Assembly: GCA_964016885.1 (NCBI GenBank)
Contig: OZ024746.1
Location: forward strand, 7,130,001 to 7,194,000
Direction: 5' to 3'
DNA length: 64,000 nt
From: Eledone cirrhosa
Taxonomy: Eukaryota
Shown: piece by piece, positions 27,006-39,187 of the stretch
Layout of the letters: each line of letters begins with the position of its first letter
How positions within the stretch are numbered: the stretch's first letter is position 1
Translations under genes and position numbers: made by a program
Notes under the pieces: model-generated
What the model was told of the DNA's origin: nothing
What the model saw: the letters and a program-made list of their open reading frames with translations, nothing else
Databases searched by the model: none

Positions 27006-27879
27006 AACTACATATTTTGTGACAAGGTTTCTGTAGTATATTTTAGACTTTGATAGCATAACTTTAATAAAAGTTGTTCAACATACCCACACTTGTTTCC
27101 CTCATCAGTCACTATTTTCTGGGACAATATTTAAACAATTTGTCTTCAGTCCATAGTTTTTCTGTCAATCACTGATTTTATTTCTTGGTGACTAAATTTG
27201 CACTGTAAAGTCATTGTGTAGGTTCACAACGAAAAGCACCCATCCCACACTGTAAAGTGGTTGTGTAGGTGTCACAACGAAAAGCACCAATCCCACACTG
27301 TAAAGTGGTTGTGTAGGTGTCACAACGAAAAGCACCAATCCCACACTGTAAAGTGGTTGTGTAGGTGTCACACAACGAAAAGCACCAATCCCACACTGTA
27401 AAGTGGTTGTGTAGGTGTCACGATGGAAAGCACCCATCCCACACTTTAAAGTGGTTGTGTAGGTGTCACTACAAAAAGCACCCAGTCCACACTGTAAATG
27501 AGGTTGGTATTAGGAAGGGCATCCAGCCATAGAAACCAAGCCAGAAATAGTTGTTTGAGCAAGACATGGTCACCTGACCTGACTTGTCTCACAACAGGAC
27601 AACTCGTCTGACCCATGCTTGCGCTGAAAATAGACAAATGTTGATGATGTTTGGTCTTCTTTAGTTTATACACATAAATGATATTTTGTGGAATGTTAAT
27701 GTTTTAGTCTCCAAATATAAAATTTGGTACCCCTACCTTCTCATTATGCTGTATTTGGGTTGTTGTTGTTGTCTACAGTAAAGAGGCAATAATGTTTTGC
27801 CAGCTCAGTTAATCACTTCAACAACACATCTGACTATCAACATCTAGAAAAAGAAATTACATGATTTCCTCTAGGAACA

Positions 27880-28260
27880 ACCCTTCCAGATTTCAACAAC
27901 ACCATCTCAAACATCCCTCTGGAATACGTAGATCATCATCCACCTTGGAAGTTTCCTTGATGCAGAACAACTCCAGGAAGGATATGGTAAACAAAGGAGA
28001 GAAGACTGCATTGCTACGGATATGTGATGTATATGGATGATGATAGCTGGGTGAAGAAGTGCCAGGAAATCCCAGTGGAAAGAAGCTGCAGTAGAGGTAG
28101 ACCAAGAAAGACCTGGGCATAGGCAATGAGAGCTGACCTCAAATCACTGAGACTTACAGAGGAGATGACAAAGGAATGTGTTAAGTGGAGAGATGCCATG
28201 CAGAGAGGGACCCATCCAACCCATGTGAGCGTGGAAAAACGGACATAAAAATGCTCATGA
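27880..28260 (+). mobile_element. RTE LINE 3' fragment
   Basis: Reverse complement is similar to 31290-31560 (gaagtgccaggaaat..., agaggtagacca..., ggaaaaacggacataaaatg tail). Confidence 0.75.
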
Positions 28261-28755
28261 TTCATACTGGCCATCTTGCTTTTGGAAGATTCTCTCACCA
28301 CAATTTCAGAAACAAAATCTAAAACCAAGGTCAGTGTATCAAGCTGCTGTCATTTTGATCTAACTCGGAGTAAAAAATAAATCAACCGTATACCATCAAC
28401 ATAGGGAATTTGAACTTTGATCTATCATTGAACATTTAATGGGAGGACTACATAATTAACTTTATAGTCCTTGAGAAAACTGAAGCCAATAAACTTTGAA
28501 ATGACCATGAAACATTGTTAATATGGTAGTTGTGAAATACATATCGTTAAGTCCAAAAACAGAAGAAAGAACACATTTGTATTTTTATAACCAAAATAGA
28601 CTGAAATTTTCTTTTCAACTTCAGATTGTTTTTATTATTAAAGAAAAAAAAATATGTACAAAACCAGATTTCGCAAATTTTTCCTTCTGAGTAGGCAACC
28701 CCTTCAGAGTAAAATTATCCCCAGGTTGGGAGCCTCTGTCTTATAGGCTGTTTAA

Positions 28756-29422
28756 CCCTTTCATGACTGCATTTCTAATGAAATACACTCTATTTCAATT
28801 AATTAATGAAGAATTTTGACAGATTTAGTAAAATTATTAATTCTTTCATTACTAAGATAGTAACTTAATGTAAGGTTCTTATATAAAATTATGTTGGAAG
28901 ACTAACTTAAATTGGAAACCTTTAAAATGGGAATTTTATTTCAGAACCAGAGCTGGTTTTGGTTGGGTTGGTAACTAAAGGGTTAAAATGGGTGGTTTTA
29001 TTTCATAGAACCAGAGCTGGTTTTGGCCAGGTTAGTAACTAAAGGGTTAAAATGGGTGGTTTTATTTTATAGAACCAGAGCTGATTTTGGCTGGGTTGGT
29101 AACTAAAGGGTTAAAATGGGTGGTTTTATTTTATAGAACCAGAGCTGGTGTTGATAACTAAAGAGTTAAAATGGGTGGTTTTATTTTATAGAACCAGAGC
29201 TGGTTTTGGCTGGTGTTGATAACTAAAGAGTTAAAATGGGTGGTTTTATTTCATAGAACCAGAGCTAGTTTTGGCTGGGTTGGTAACTAAAGGGTTAAAA
29301 TGGGTGGTTTTCTTTTATAGAACCAGAGCTGATTTTGGCTGGGTTGGTAACTAAAGGGTTAAAATGGGTAGTTTTATTTTATAGAATCAGAGCTAGTTTT
29401 GGCTTCGTTGGTAAGTAAAGCG
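28756..29422. mobile_element. piggyBac-like MITE whose right end is tandemly amplified about 8 times; a sister copy occupies 1-130
   Basis: TTAA|ccctttc start; repeated ...ggtaactaaaggg|TTAA ends; 28835-28985 is nearly identical to 1-130. Confidence 0.75.
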
Positions 29423-29751
29423 TTAAAGAATAGTTTATTCTTGTCATTTATTATGTTTTCCTTTCTCTAACGTCACCAGAATATCTGGTTGGCATCTATA
29501 CTGTTTTATTTCCATTCTATTTCACCAAATTCTTTAGAAATTGTTTGTTAGTGAAGATTTTTTTTTTCTTTAGCAAATTGAAAATAAAATGATTATAAGC
29601 AATTCAAAATGTAAAGAAATATGGCATTGATATAAGTTTTTCATCTTTTGATGATATTTTATTTGTTTATTTAAAACATAAATTATATATTTGATACATT
29701 TGAAATCTGTTTAATATATTTTTCTAAACTCTCCAGTTTCAGGTGTTTTTT

Positions 29752-29968
29752 TTAACATCTTAGATGTTTAAACATTTTAACATCTTAGATGTTTAAACAT
29801 TTTAACATCTAAGATGTTTAAACATTTTAACATCTTAGATGTTTAAACATTTTAACATCTTAGATGTTTAAACATTTTAACATCTTAGATGTTTAAACAT
29901 TTTAACATCTTAGATGTTTAAACATTTTAACATCTAAGATGTTTAAACATTTTAACATCTAAGATGTT
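29752..29968. repeat. 25-bp palindromic minisatellite, about 8.5 units
   Basis: ttaacatct[t/a]agatgtttaaacatt. Confidence 0.95.
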
Positions 29969-30081
29969 AGAACCTTTGTTTTTCTGGAGTCGTTTAAATT
30001 GTTTTCCTTTTAATTAAAAAAATATTGGTTTATATCTTTCTTTTAATTGTATCTTATTTAATATATCAATGTATAATTGTA

Positions 30082-30394
30082 CTCTCGGGTCCCAAATAAT
30101 GGGTGAGGTGGGGTGGAGCTTGGAAAATCGGTTTTTCTGGGTTGTCTTTGTTGATTTTTTTAAAAACCAGAATTAGTCGACTCATCCTATTTATTTTATA
30201 ATGTATGGGATTTCTTGTAATGTACTTTTTTTGTCATGTATAATGTTTTATAATGAAAAAGAAAATTGTCACAGGAAAGCTACCACTTAAAATAAAATTT
30301 CGCCAGAAATAGATTAGCAAAATTTAATAAGTAGTGTTGGAAAAAATCTGCCAAATTTATAAGTGGTGGTGTACAATTATTGGAGACCCGAGAG
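30082..30394. mobile_element. Tc1/mariner-type MITE; further copies at 10685-11022, 17607-17933 and 37744-37910 (partial)
   Basis: TA|ctctcgggtcccaaataat...attattggagacccgagag|TA; the internal sequence is shared among the four copies. Confidence 0.85.
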
Positions 30395-30498
30395 TATCTA
30401 TATTTGTATGAGTGTAACTATATCTCTCACTGAAGGATATTTAGTTCTACTTGTATCATATGTTGTAATTGTTTTTCCATTCCAATTTTTAAATGCAG

Positions 30499-30627
30499 GT
30501 AACCAAGATATATTGATCTGTGGTGTATGTAAGCTTGAGTTTACAAATCTACACACCTTAGCACAACACAAGAAGCTTCCTTGTAAGCTTCGCTTTAGTT
30601 GTCAGTGTCAAAAGAGTCCACAGCCTG
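30499..30627 (+). CDS. Coding exon encoding a BCL11-type CCHC zinc finger (ZnF0-like)
   Basis: Acceptor aaatgcag ends at 30498; donor G|gtaagt at 30628; phase 1/1. NQDILICGVCKLEFTNLHTLAQHKKLPC resembles BCL11A [28 protein letters not shown] (recalled). Confidence 0.88.
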
Positions 30628-31282
30628 GTAAGTAATGTTGATAGATTTACTGAGACAAAACAAAATTTATAACTATCTGTTATTTATCTTCTAATTTACA
30701 TAACTTCCCCACTTATCGGTTTACAAACTCAACATACCGAATGTACTTGAATATAAGCCAATCCCACTATTTCATGTCTGAGAAATGGGCAAAAATCCAA
30801 ACCTTATTTACACAGAATTTGAAGTTGGTGAAAATTGTCAAAATGTTGACCCCCGAATATAAGCCCCCCTCTCCCCCGCCTCATCGATTTCTTTGGTCAC
30901 ATATTCCTCGGCTTATATTTAAGTATATACAGTTGGTTGCAGTTCTTATATTTCAGCATGCTGTTAGCATTCTCTTCATTGGGAAAATTTGTGGAACTCT
31001 GTCAAATAGATTGTACCTGTTATTCAAAGCTCCAATTTAGCTTGAGAATTATGTAATGGGTACACATGTCTGTGATAACCACTTACTCATTAATTCACTG
31101 GTTGGATGTTCTGTTAATCAAACAACTGAATGCTCATCTTCCAAACCAATGGAGATCCCACTATTACATATCTTATCAATTATATATTAAAACATTATAG
31201 CTTTAAAGTCTGTCTTTAAATTTGTTTTTGTCAGGATGTTATAATTGCTAAACTGTAGCAAGTTACATATATATATATATAT

Positions 31283-34270
31283 CATTATCATCATCATTTT
31301 ACGTCCGCTCTTCCCTGCTTGCAAGGGTGGTAAGGGTCTTATTCAGCACAGCATCTCTCCACTTGTCATGGTCCTTCATCATCTCCACCGTGAGCTTCAG
31401 CGATCTGAGGTCTGTTCTCACCACCTCCGCCCATGTTTTCGTGGTCTACCTCTACCACGTCTTCCTTCAACTGGCATTTCCTGGCACTTCTTCACCCATC
31501 GGTCATCCTCCATGCGCATCACCTCAGTCCATACCACCTCAGTCTCCTCTCCCGTACACTACATTCTATCCTTCTCAGATACAGTTTCTCTCTCAACACA
31601 TTCATGCTGGGTCGTTCACGCACATTGACACTGCACATCCAACGGAGCATGCTTGCCTCATTTCTCTCCAGCTGTCGCATATCCTCTGCAGTTGCTGCCC
31701 ATGTCTCACTACCATGCAGCATCGCCCTCCTCACACAGGCATCATATAACCGGCCTTTCGTGCGCAGGGAGAAACCCTTGTCAGCAGAGGAAACAGCTCC
31801 CTAAACTTCTTCCAACCCGTCCTTATTCTAGATACTATGGCCTCGGAATACCCCGCTCCCATGCTAATCTGATCTCCTAGGTACCGGAAGCTATCCACCA
31901 CTTCTATAGCACCTGCCTGCATTTGAAAAATGTGTCTATCAATGCGACTTCTACTGTCTAATTTCCCTGTACATCTACTGCATACATATTTCTCCCTACC
32001 TCTTAGTTTGCCTGCTATCCCGCTACATCTCTTGTGTACCCAGGATCTGCATTGTATGCATTTTATAGAATTTATGCCAGTTCCTTTTCTGCATATCGAA
32101 CATGGCCATTTCCCTGACGGAATCAAGAGTTTTGTCCTCTTTTATATACTCATCAACACTTTTGTCTTAGCTAGGTTCACTCTCAGTCCTCTTGCTTCCA
32201 ACTGCTGTTTCCATAGCCAGAATTTATTCTCTAGCTCCTCTACTGATTCTGCTATAAGAACCAGATCGACAGCATAGAGAAGTTCCCATGGACAGCCAGT
32301 CTTAAATTCCTCTGTTATGGCTTGGAGGACTATAATGAACAAGAGCGGGCTGAGGACCGAACCTTGATGTACTCCTACCTGTATCTGGAATTCCTCACTA
32401 AACTCCATTCCTACCCTGACTTTACTGACAGTACCTCTGTACAAAGTTTGCACTATCCTCACAAGCCATTCCTCAACACCTAGTTTCCTTAGGGACCACC
32501 AGATGACAGATCAGGGTACCCTATCAAAGGCCTTCTCTAGGTCAACAAAGGCTAACTATAGTGGCTTATTCTTCTCTAAGAACCTCTCTTGTAATTGTCT
32601 CACCAAGAAGAAGGCATCTGTTGTACTTTTCCCAGGCACAAAACCAAACTGCAACTCATCTAATTTGACCCTTTCTCTAATTAGCTGTGCTAATATCCTT
32701 TCTGCTACTTTCATAACCTGATCCATCAGTTTTATACCCCTATAATTTTTCCTCTCCAGAGCATCCCCTTTACCTTTGTAGCAATTTATGAGAATACTGC
32801 TGCACCAGTCTTTGGGTATGAGACCACCATATTGATGATGCGTGCAACCAGTTTAGTGCCTACGTCCCCTGATGCCTTCAGCATTTCGGCAACTATCCCC
32901 GATGGTCCAGCAGCCTTACCATTTTTCATTTCCTTAATCGCCTCTTGGACCCTATATTCGTCAATCTCAATAGCTGGTCTCTCTGTCGGATCTACTGAGG
33001 GTAATTTCTCTCTCTCTCATTCGTTCTCCACATTCATCAGTCTCTCATAATGACATTTCCAGGCCTCCTCTTTCTGATCATTCGTGACACTAAGTACACC
33101 GGCATCATTCCGGACACATTTATCTCCAACAACATCCTGATTTGCATTGACACACTGCCTTGCAATGTGGAACACCGCACACCGCTGATCTTCCCATCGC
33201 AGAACATTGGCAAACCTCCTACTCTCAGGCTCCCTGCGTGCTAAGTACACCTGACGTCTAGCTTCTCTCTTAGCGGCTGTATATTCTTCCTTACTCCCAC
33301 TCTTTTTCCAAGCCTTCCATGCTAGTATTTTGTCTCTAATGGCCTTATCTACTGTGCTGTTCCACCACCAGGTCACTCTGTCTGGTTGGAGCTCTGCTCC
33401 AGTCACAAGTTTCATCAGTAGCCTGCAGTAAGTTGTCACGTAAGAAATTCCAGTTATTATCTATGTCATACGTCTCTAAATCGTCTTCTTTTTCGTCATA
33501 CACATCTTGAAGGGCTTTCCTAAATTTGTATTTTAGTGAAAGGTCTTTTAGCTTCCAGACCTTTTCCACACCTTCCTGTATGTCTCAATCCATCTCTTGC
33601 TTATTGAGATATCACTAATGACTAACCTATGCTGTGGGGGTACATTCTTCCCCAGGGTATGCCTTGGTATTAGACACTATCTGCCTGTCCCGCTGCCTAA
33701 CTAGTTAGAAGTCAATCTGGCTTATGTGCTCGCCAGATTTGTAGGTTATTAGGTGGTTGGCAGGTTTCTGGAAGTTTGTGTTGCAAATAGTCAGTGTACT
33801 TGCATCACAAAATTCAAGAACTCTCACTCCTTGATTTCTTGAGCCGTAACCGTGCCCACCATGTACCCCAGTGTAACCATCCTGGAGCTGTCCAACATGA
33901 CCATTGAAGTCCCCTGCTAGCATAACGATGTCTCCGTCCTCTGTCATTGCGGTTGTTTGTAAAAGTTGCTTGGGGAGCATAGGCAGAGATGATTTGTCAG
34001 TAGTCTCCCGCCTACAACTAATCTAAGCTTAATTATTCGATTACTAACTCGAACTACCTCTATTGTCTTATTGATCCATCTCTCAGCCAGGAAAATGCCT
34101 ACTCCCCCTAACCCATCATCCTTACCTACCCAGAAAAGCTTATAGCTAAGATATTTGCCTATGACTAGTCTCACCTCTTGCACACAGCACACATCCACAT
34201 GCCTTCTCTCCAGCAGATCTACCTCTGAGAGTGCCAACATTAAGTGTTGCAACTCTTGAGATACAACGTC
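31283..34270 (-). mobile_element. Decayed near-full-length RTE-clade LINE (AP endonuclease, RT, PHD-like finger), antisense in an intron
   Basis: EN motifs VDVCCVQEVR, LAGDFNGHVG, SQIDF. RT motifs GVHQGSVLSPLLFIIVL and LLYAVDLVL (YADD mutated). C-terminal VDSFRYLGD, MLHGSETW, RRLRWYG. (ATG)n-like tail near 31283-31297. Many frameshifts and stops. Confidence 0.93.
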
Positions 34271-34362
34271 TTATTTTGTTGTTGTTCCTATCTATCTATA
34301 TATATATGTGCGTGTGCGTGTATGTATATATATATATATATATATACATACATACATACACG

Positions 34363-34404
<42 letters not shown>

Positions 34405-34515
34405 GTTTAGGGATTGTAATGTCAAATTTCTGTTGGTTCACCAAAGTGAGCACTCAATACGTAGTATGTACTTTGGGATTGTACTAAGCGGAGTGTAATA
34501 TTAACAATAAGTGTC

Positions 34516-34556
<41 letters not shown>

Positions 34557-34900
34557 TAGATTCCATACACTGGTGGTTTCCCTGTTTTATTGATGACACA
34601 CAATCTCTCTCTCTCTAGTGTGTTACCCTTTCAACATATTGTATATATATATATATATATATACACACATAATTATATATATATATATACATAATTATAT
34701 ATATATATATCTAATTATATATATTTCATTGCGTAAGTTTATAAAATTAAATTTGTCAATGTTTCATTCACAGTGATTTTTCATATTTTATGTTGTTGAT
34801 TTCTGCTTGTTAGATTTTCAAAGAATATGAGTGAAATAAGTAAATAATTCTGGTTCTCAGGTATTATATTATCTTCTGTGTATTTTATTTTGTTTCTCAG

Positions 34901-35028
34901 AACAAGAGCAGGAGGCTTTGATTCTCAACTGTGCCACATGTGAGTTGACATTCTTCTCTGCATGGAGTCTTGTACAACATTGTCAGACAGAACATAATAT
35001 GGCATTGTTCAAAGAAGGGAGTCAAATT
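34901..35028 (+). CDS. Coding exon encoding a BCL11 ZnF1-like C2H2 finger
   Basis: Acceptor ttttgtttctcag ends at 34900; donor att|gtaagt at 35029; phase 1/0. LNCATCELTFFSAWSLVQHCQTEHNMALF resembles BCL11A [29 protein letters not shown]. Confidence 0.9.
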
Positions 35029-35921
35029 GTAAGTATAAAGTATAAGTTTGAAATATATCAAATGAAAGCCAGATATCATATTTTCACAAAAAAAACATCA
35101 CTATTCTATTTATCATCATTATCATCATCCCCGCCATCACCACCATCACATTGGAATGGGTCGGATGAGTTGTCACAGATCATGGTTTCTAGCACTGGAA
35201 TCCCTTCCTAATACCAACCCCCTTACATTATAATCATAAGTCCAACACCCTTACCACTAGGCCATGTACCTCCACAGAACATAGAAAGTTGTAACTAAAT
35301 ACTACACAACATTTTCACTGATGCTCTACAATTCTGCCAATGCAATTCTTGAGGTGAGAGATACATTAGAAGAGCCACATTTTTATCTCCAATATATTTT
35401 CCAGAGACAATCTTAGTTAATAAGATCTCAAATTAGTGACTCATTATTACATAATGTTTGGCAATGATATCAATTTAGCTTTTAATTCTATGAACCGCAA
35501 GCCCAAATTAATACAAGTGTTCCAATCCAGGGCCTTCTCCTGTTAGAGGAATCACTCCCTGGTCGACCTCCACCACTTTCTGTTTGGTTTTGGTCATGTC
35601 TTCAGGGGTGTAGCCATACTCACCACACTTGGCCAGTTGTGAGTTAGTTAGGTTATTTAACCCATAGTTGGGGTGGGGACTCGTGCACCCTTTTAACGGC
35701 TCTTGTTTTTTGTGCTGCTAGGGTTCCACTTACCCTCCTAACCAGACTAGGGTCTGGTGAGGGAGCCAGTTTAGTCACTGACCCCTACCATGAAGCAGGT
35801 TGTGCTGGGTTATATGGTACCAGTAGCAGACAGAAGCCTCATCTGATCAGACAAATGTTTCTTGTATGAAAACATTTTGTTTTCTTTATTATAGCTTTTT
35901 ACATTTTCTTTTTCTTTCCAG

Positions 35922-36023
35922 TTAGATAATTCTAATGGCACCAGTGTAAAAATAGAATTATCATCAAACGATACAACACAAAACTCCGCAGTAGAAGTGA
36001 AACAAGAACCGAAGGAGCAGTAG
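35922..36023 (+). CDS. Last coding exon of the BCL11-like gene (LDNSNGTSVKIELSSNDTTQNSAVEVKQEPKEQ*)
   Basis: Strong pyrimidine tract and cag end at 35921; phase 0 matches the previous exon. Tandem TAG TAG at 36021-36026; candidate donor G|gtaaat at 36031. Confidence 0.78.
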   Translation, partial: LDNSNGTSVKIELSSNDTTQNSAVEVKQEPKEQ

Positions 36024-36156
36024 TAGAATGGTAAATATTTCCACTCATTTTTCTATTCCTTTCAGTTTGACTTTTAGACATTTAAAATTTACAGTTTGAT
36101 ATTAGCATCTTTGTAACACTACTTTAATAATCAAAATATTTTTTCATTTATTTCAG

Positions 36157-36300
36157 GAGCTGCGGCAGTTTTTTGCCATGAAGTACCTACATTTCACTTA
36201 AAATCTAACATCATTTTGGGTGTCGAATGTTCAAGAAATCCACATATCTCCATGGACTTTAATAACAGAAATAATAACATTCACACTCATATACACACAC
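36157..36300 (+). other. Putative 3' UTR exon of the BCL11-like gene (3' end uncertain)
   Basis: Acceptor ttttttcatttatttcag ends at 36156 and would close a 126-bp intron opened at 36031. Confidence 0.45.
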
Positions 36301-36434
36301 ATGCACGCGTATATATAACTTCTCCAGAATTACTGACATAGTTTCAGGGGTGGGGGTGGGGTTCCTCTCATTGTTTATATTGATGATCTTCTAATTAGTC
36401 TGTAAACCTTTCAACTTTACTATTTCGGTCAATA

Positions 36435-37295
36435 ATTAGTAAAATAGCAGAGAATCAAACCAAAACATTTTACAATATTTGGTTTCAACCCTTTCTGTGC
36501 TGAGTTCCAATCTCACCATAATCAGCATTAATATTTCAACTGTTTGAAGGCAACAAAATAATTCCTAGTAATAACCTAGCGGGAGCAGCTAAGGGCAGAG
36601 ATCATATTAGTCACCTGTACCTTCCTCCTCTAGTAAAATGAGCCATGTATTTAATGGGGGGAAAAAGTCATATCTTCATCATCATTATTGTTATTGTGGT
36701 TAGGATGTGGATTGGCTGTATAATCGGTAGAACGTCGGACATGCTTTGTGACACAGTTACGTTCTGAGTTCAAATCCCACACAGGTTACCTTTGCCTTTC
36801 ATCCTTACAGGGGGCGATTTTCCCCTCCCCTCAAATTGAAACCATTTTTGTGGTTAGGAGGAGCTGGGTGGAGCTGAATCAGTAAAACACAGGACTAAAT
36901 GTCTTGTGGTATTTAGTTACATTCTTTTAAGTTGTGATTTCAAATCTTGTCATGATCAAATTTTTCCATAATCCTTCCATAGTTCATAAAATACCAGTAA
37001 TATATCATGGCTTGATTCAGTTGTGGCCTTTGTGGGTCAACATTTCATCACCGCCATCATCATTATTATTTTTTCTATCAGCATCATCATCAATACTATT
37101 ATTATCATCATCATTATTATTATTGTAGAGGTGGATTGGCAGTAATCAGTAGAGCGTCGCGCCGTATGCTTTGCGACATAGAGTTACGGCCCTTTAAGTT
37201 CTGAGTTCAAAACCCACCGAGGTTAGCTTTGCCTTTCATCCTTATGGGGTTGATTAAAATAAAAAAAAACGAATGAGAAACCATTATTATTGTAA
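36435..37295 (+). mobile_element. Cluster of four same-orientation degraded copies of the same SINE family
   Basis: Repeated A/B box heads near 36445, 36710, 36870 and 37135, with gcctttcatcctt cores and (att/cat)n spacers. Confidence 0.7.
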
Positions 37296-37598
37296 GAAAA
37301 GGTATTAGAGCAACAATAGTATGTTGTGTAGAAGAGGTTTATATTATTTGAATAACATCGAAAATGAAATACATTCACATTCATTTGATTTTATGAATAA
37401 CTTTTATGAAATGTTCATTATAAAACTCTCTCTCTCTCCTAATTCAAAATCAGTTCCTTTCATTCAACAATTATTTATTTACTTATTAATGCAGCTGTTA
37501 TATATTTGCTGCATCCATTAAACAAAACCTTATAAGTGACACTGGAAAACTTCAGTAAAACATAACCAGTCTATTTGTTTCTGTCTTATTTATTTTTA

Positions 37599-37740
37599 TA
37601 TACATTTGTCCACAGTTAAATACTCTGGTACCCTAAATATACATTTGTCCACAGTTAAACACTCTGGCGCTCTAAATATACATTTGGTCGCAGTTATATA
37701 TACTGTTGTGTCCTAAATATACATTTGTCAACGGTTAAAT
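37599..37740. repeat. ~39-bp tandem repeat, about 4 diverged units
   Basis: tatacatttgtccacagttaaa.actctgg..c.ctaaa. Confidence 0.8.
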
Positions 37741-38039
37741 GTACTCTCAGGTCCCAAATAATAGGGAGAGTGTGTAAAATCAGTAATTCTTCTAGGTTGT
37801 CTCCCTTGAGTTTTTTTTTTAGAAACCAGAATTAGTCGTTTAGTTTACATATTGAGACCCCAAATCCATCCTATTTATTTTATAATATATGGGATTTCTA
37901 GTAATGTACTATCATACGACAAGAGAAGAGATTGCATGAACCAAATACATCCTGACTACAGAATATATGAAAAATCTCATCAAACGAACACATTTCTAGA
38001 AATTTCACCTCTGAAGCACAAACCTGGACAAGGTTGTTA

Positions 38040-38630
38040 GTGGAAGACCAGCAGTTCTGTACCAGAGCTCTGTAGTAGTTGATAACTTCTGTTATCTGGG
38101 TGACCTAATTAGCAGTGGAGGTGGGTGTTCTGAAAGTACAGTAGCCAGAATGAGAATGAGATGGAAAAGTTCAGGGAGCTACTACTGCTGCTAGCTATAA
38201 AGGGTTTTTTCCTCAAAATGAAAGGCAAATTGTATGATGTTTCTGTACAACAGCAATGCTGTATGGTAGTGAGACCTGGGTGTTAAGGTCCTATGAAGAT
38301 TGGAAAGAAATGAAGCTTGCATGGATGAGTAATAATAGTGTACATGGATAAAGAAGCATTAAAGAACTGAGAAAGAAACTAGGCATAAAAGGGATTAGAT
38401 GCATTGTGCAGAAGAGGAGATTGCAGTGGTATGGACATGTGAGACATGGAGGACAATAGTTTTATAGAAAGGTGCAGGACACATGAAGTTGATGGAAGAG
38501 GAAGACCCAGGATAGCTTGGGATGAAGTATTAAAAGCTGATCTTGCTCAATTAAATCTCTCACCAGAGATGACACAGGATCGATATCTCTCGTGATATGA
38601 CTATGGGTTTTGCACCTAGAAAATTCTCTC
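38040..38630 (+). mobile_element. Old RTE LINE 3' fragment
   Basis: Reads VDNFCYLGDLISSGGGCSESTVARMR and mlYGSETW, RRLQWYGHV; homologous to the 31283-31900 region. Confidence 0.75.
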
Positions 38631-39187
38631 CTGACGAACAAACCCAGACAAGTGAACCGGAGAAACGTGAAATAAAATGTCTTGCTCAATGACACATGGC
38701 TCAGAAATCGAACTCAACCGCACTATTGTGAGTCCAATGTTCTAACTATGAAGAGACATTCGCAGTAGTTCTAAAAGACATATTATATTTTGTTACATGT
38801 TTCCTGTTGGGTAACTCGGGCAAATGGATGAAAATTTTGTAGAAAACATGTCAAGAGGTCGTAACTCGGTGATTTCTTTTGCTGAGTTACTTCCCTTGGA
38901 TAGAATATTTATTATAAATATATAAATTGAATAGAATGAAACGAAATTTCATTTCTTACTCCTAATACGGCAGTTACTTAAATGTAAGTATGTATGTATA
39001 TGTATACAGACGTACAGTAGTATGTATATATATATATACATACATGCACACATATATATATGCACGTATCGGTTTACCGAACATTTATTATAATGCTCGG
39101 TTTGCTTGTAAACAAACAAACAGCCCAAATTTCGCCGTACAGTGTTTAGGCAACCACGTCACCTTTTTGTTCAACACTGACACAGGA

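Noticed and set aside
28289-28329. Candidate 41-nt exon (aag|att...aag|gtcagt) in the BCL11-like intron
   Set aside because: The acceptor is weak and inclusion would break phase with exon 30499.
35525-35835. GC-richer intronic block
   Set aside because: Probably an old repeat fragment; no ORF, termini or second copy in the window to support a call.
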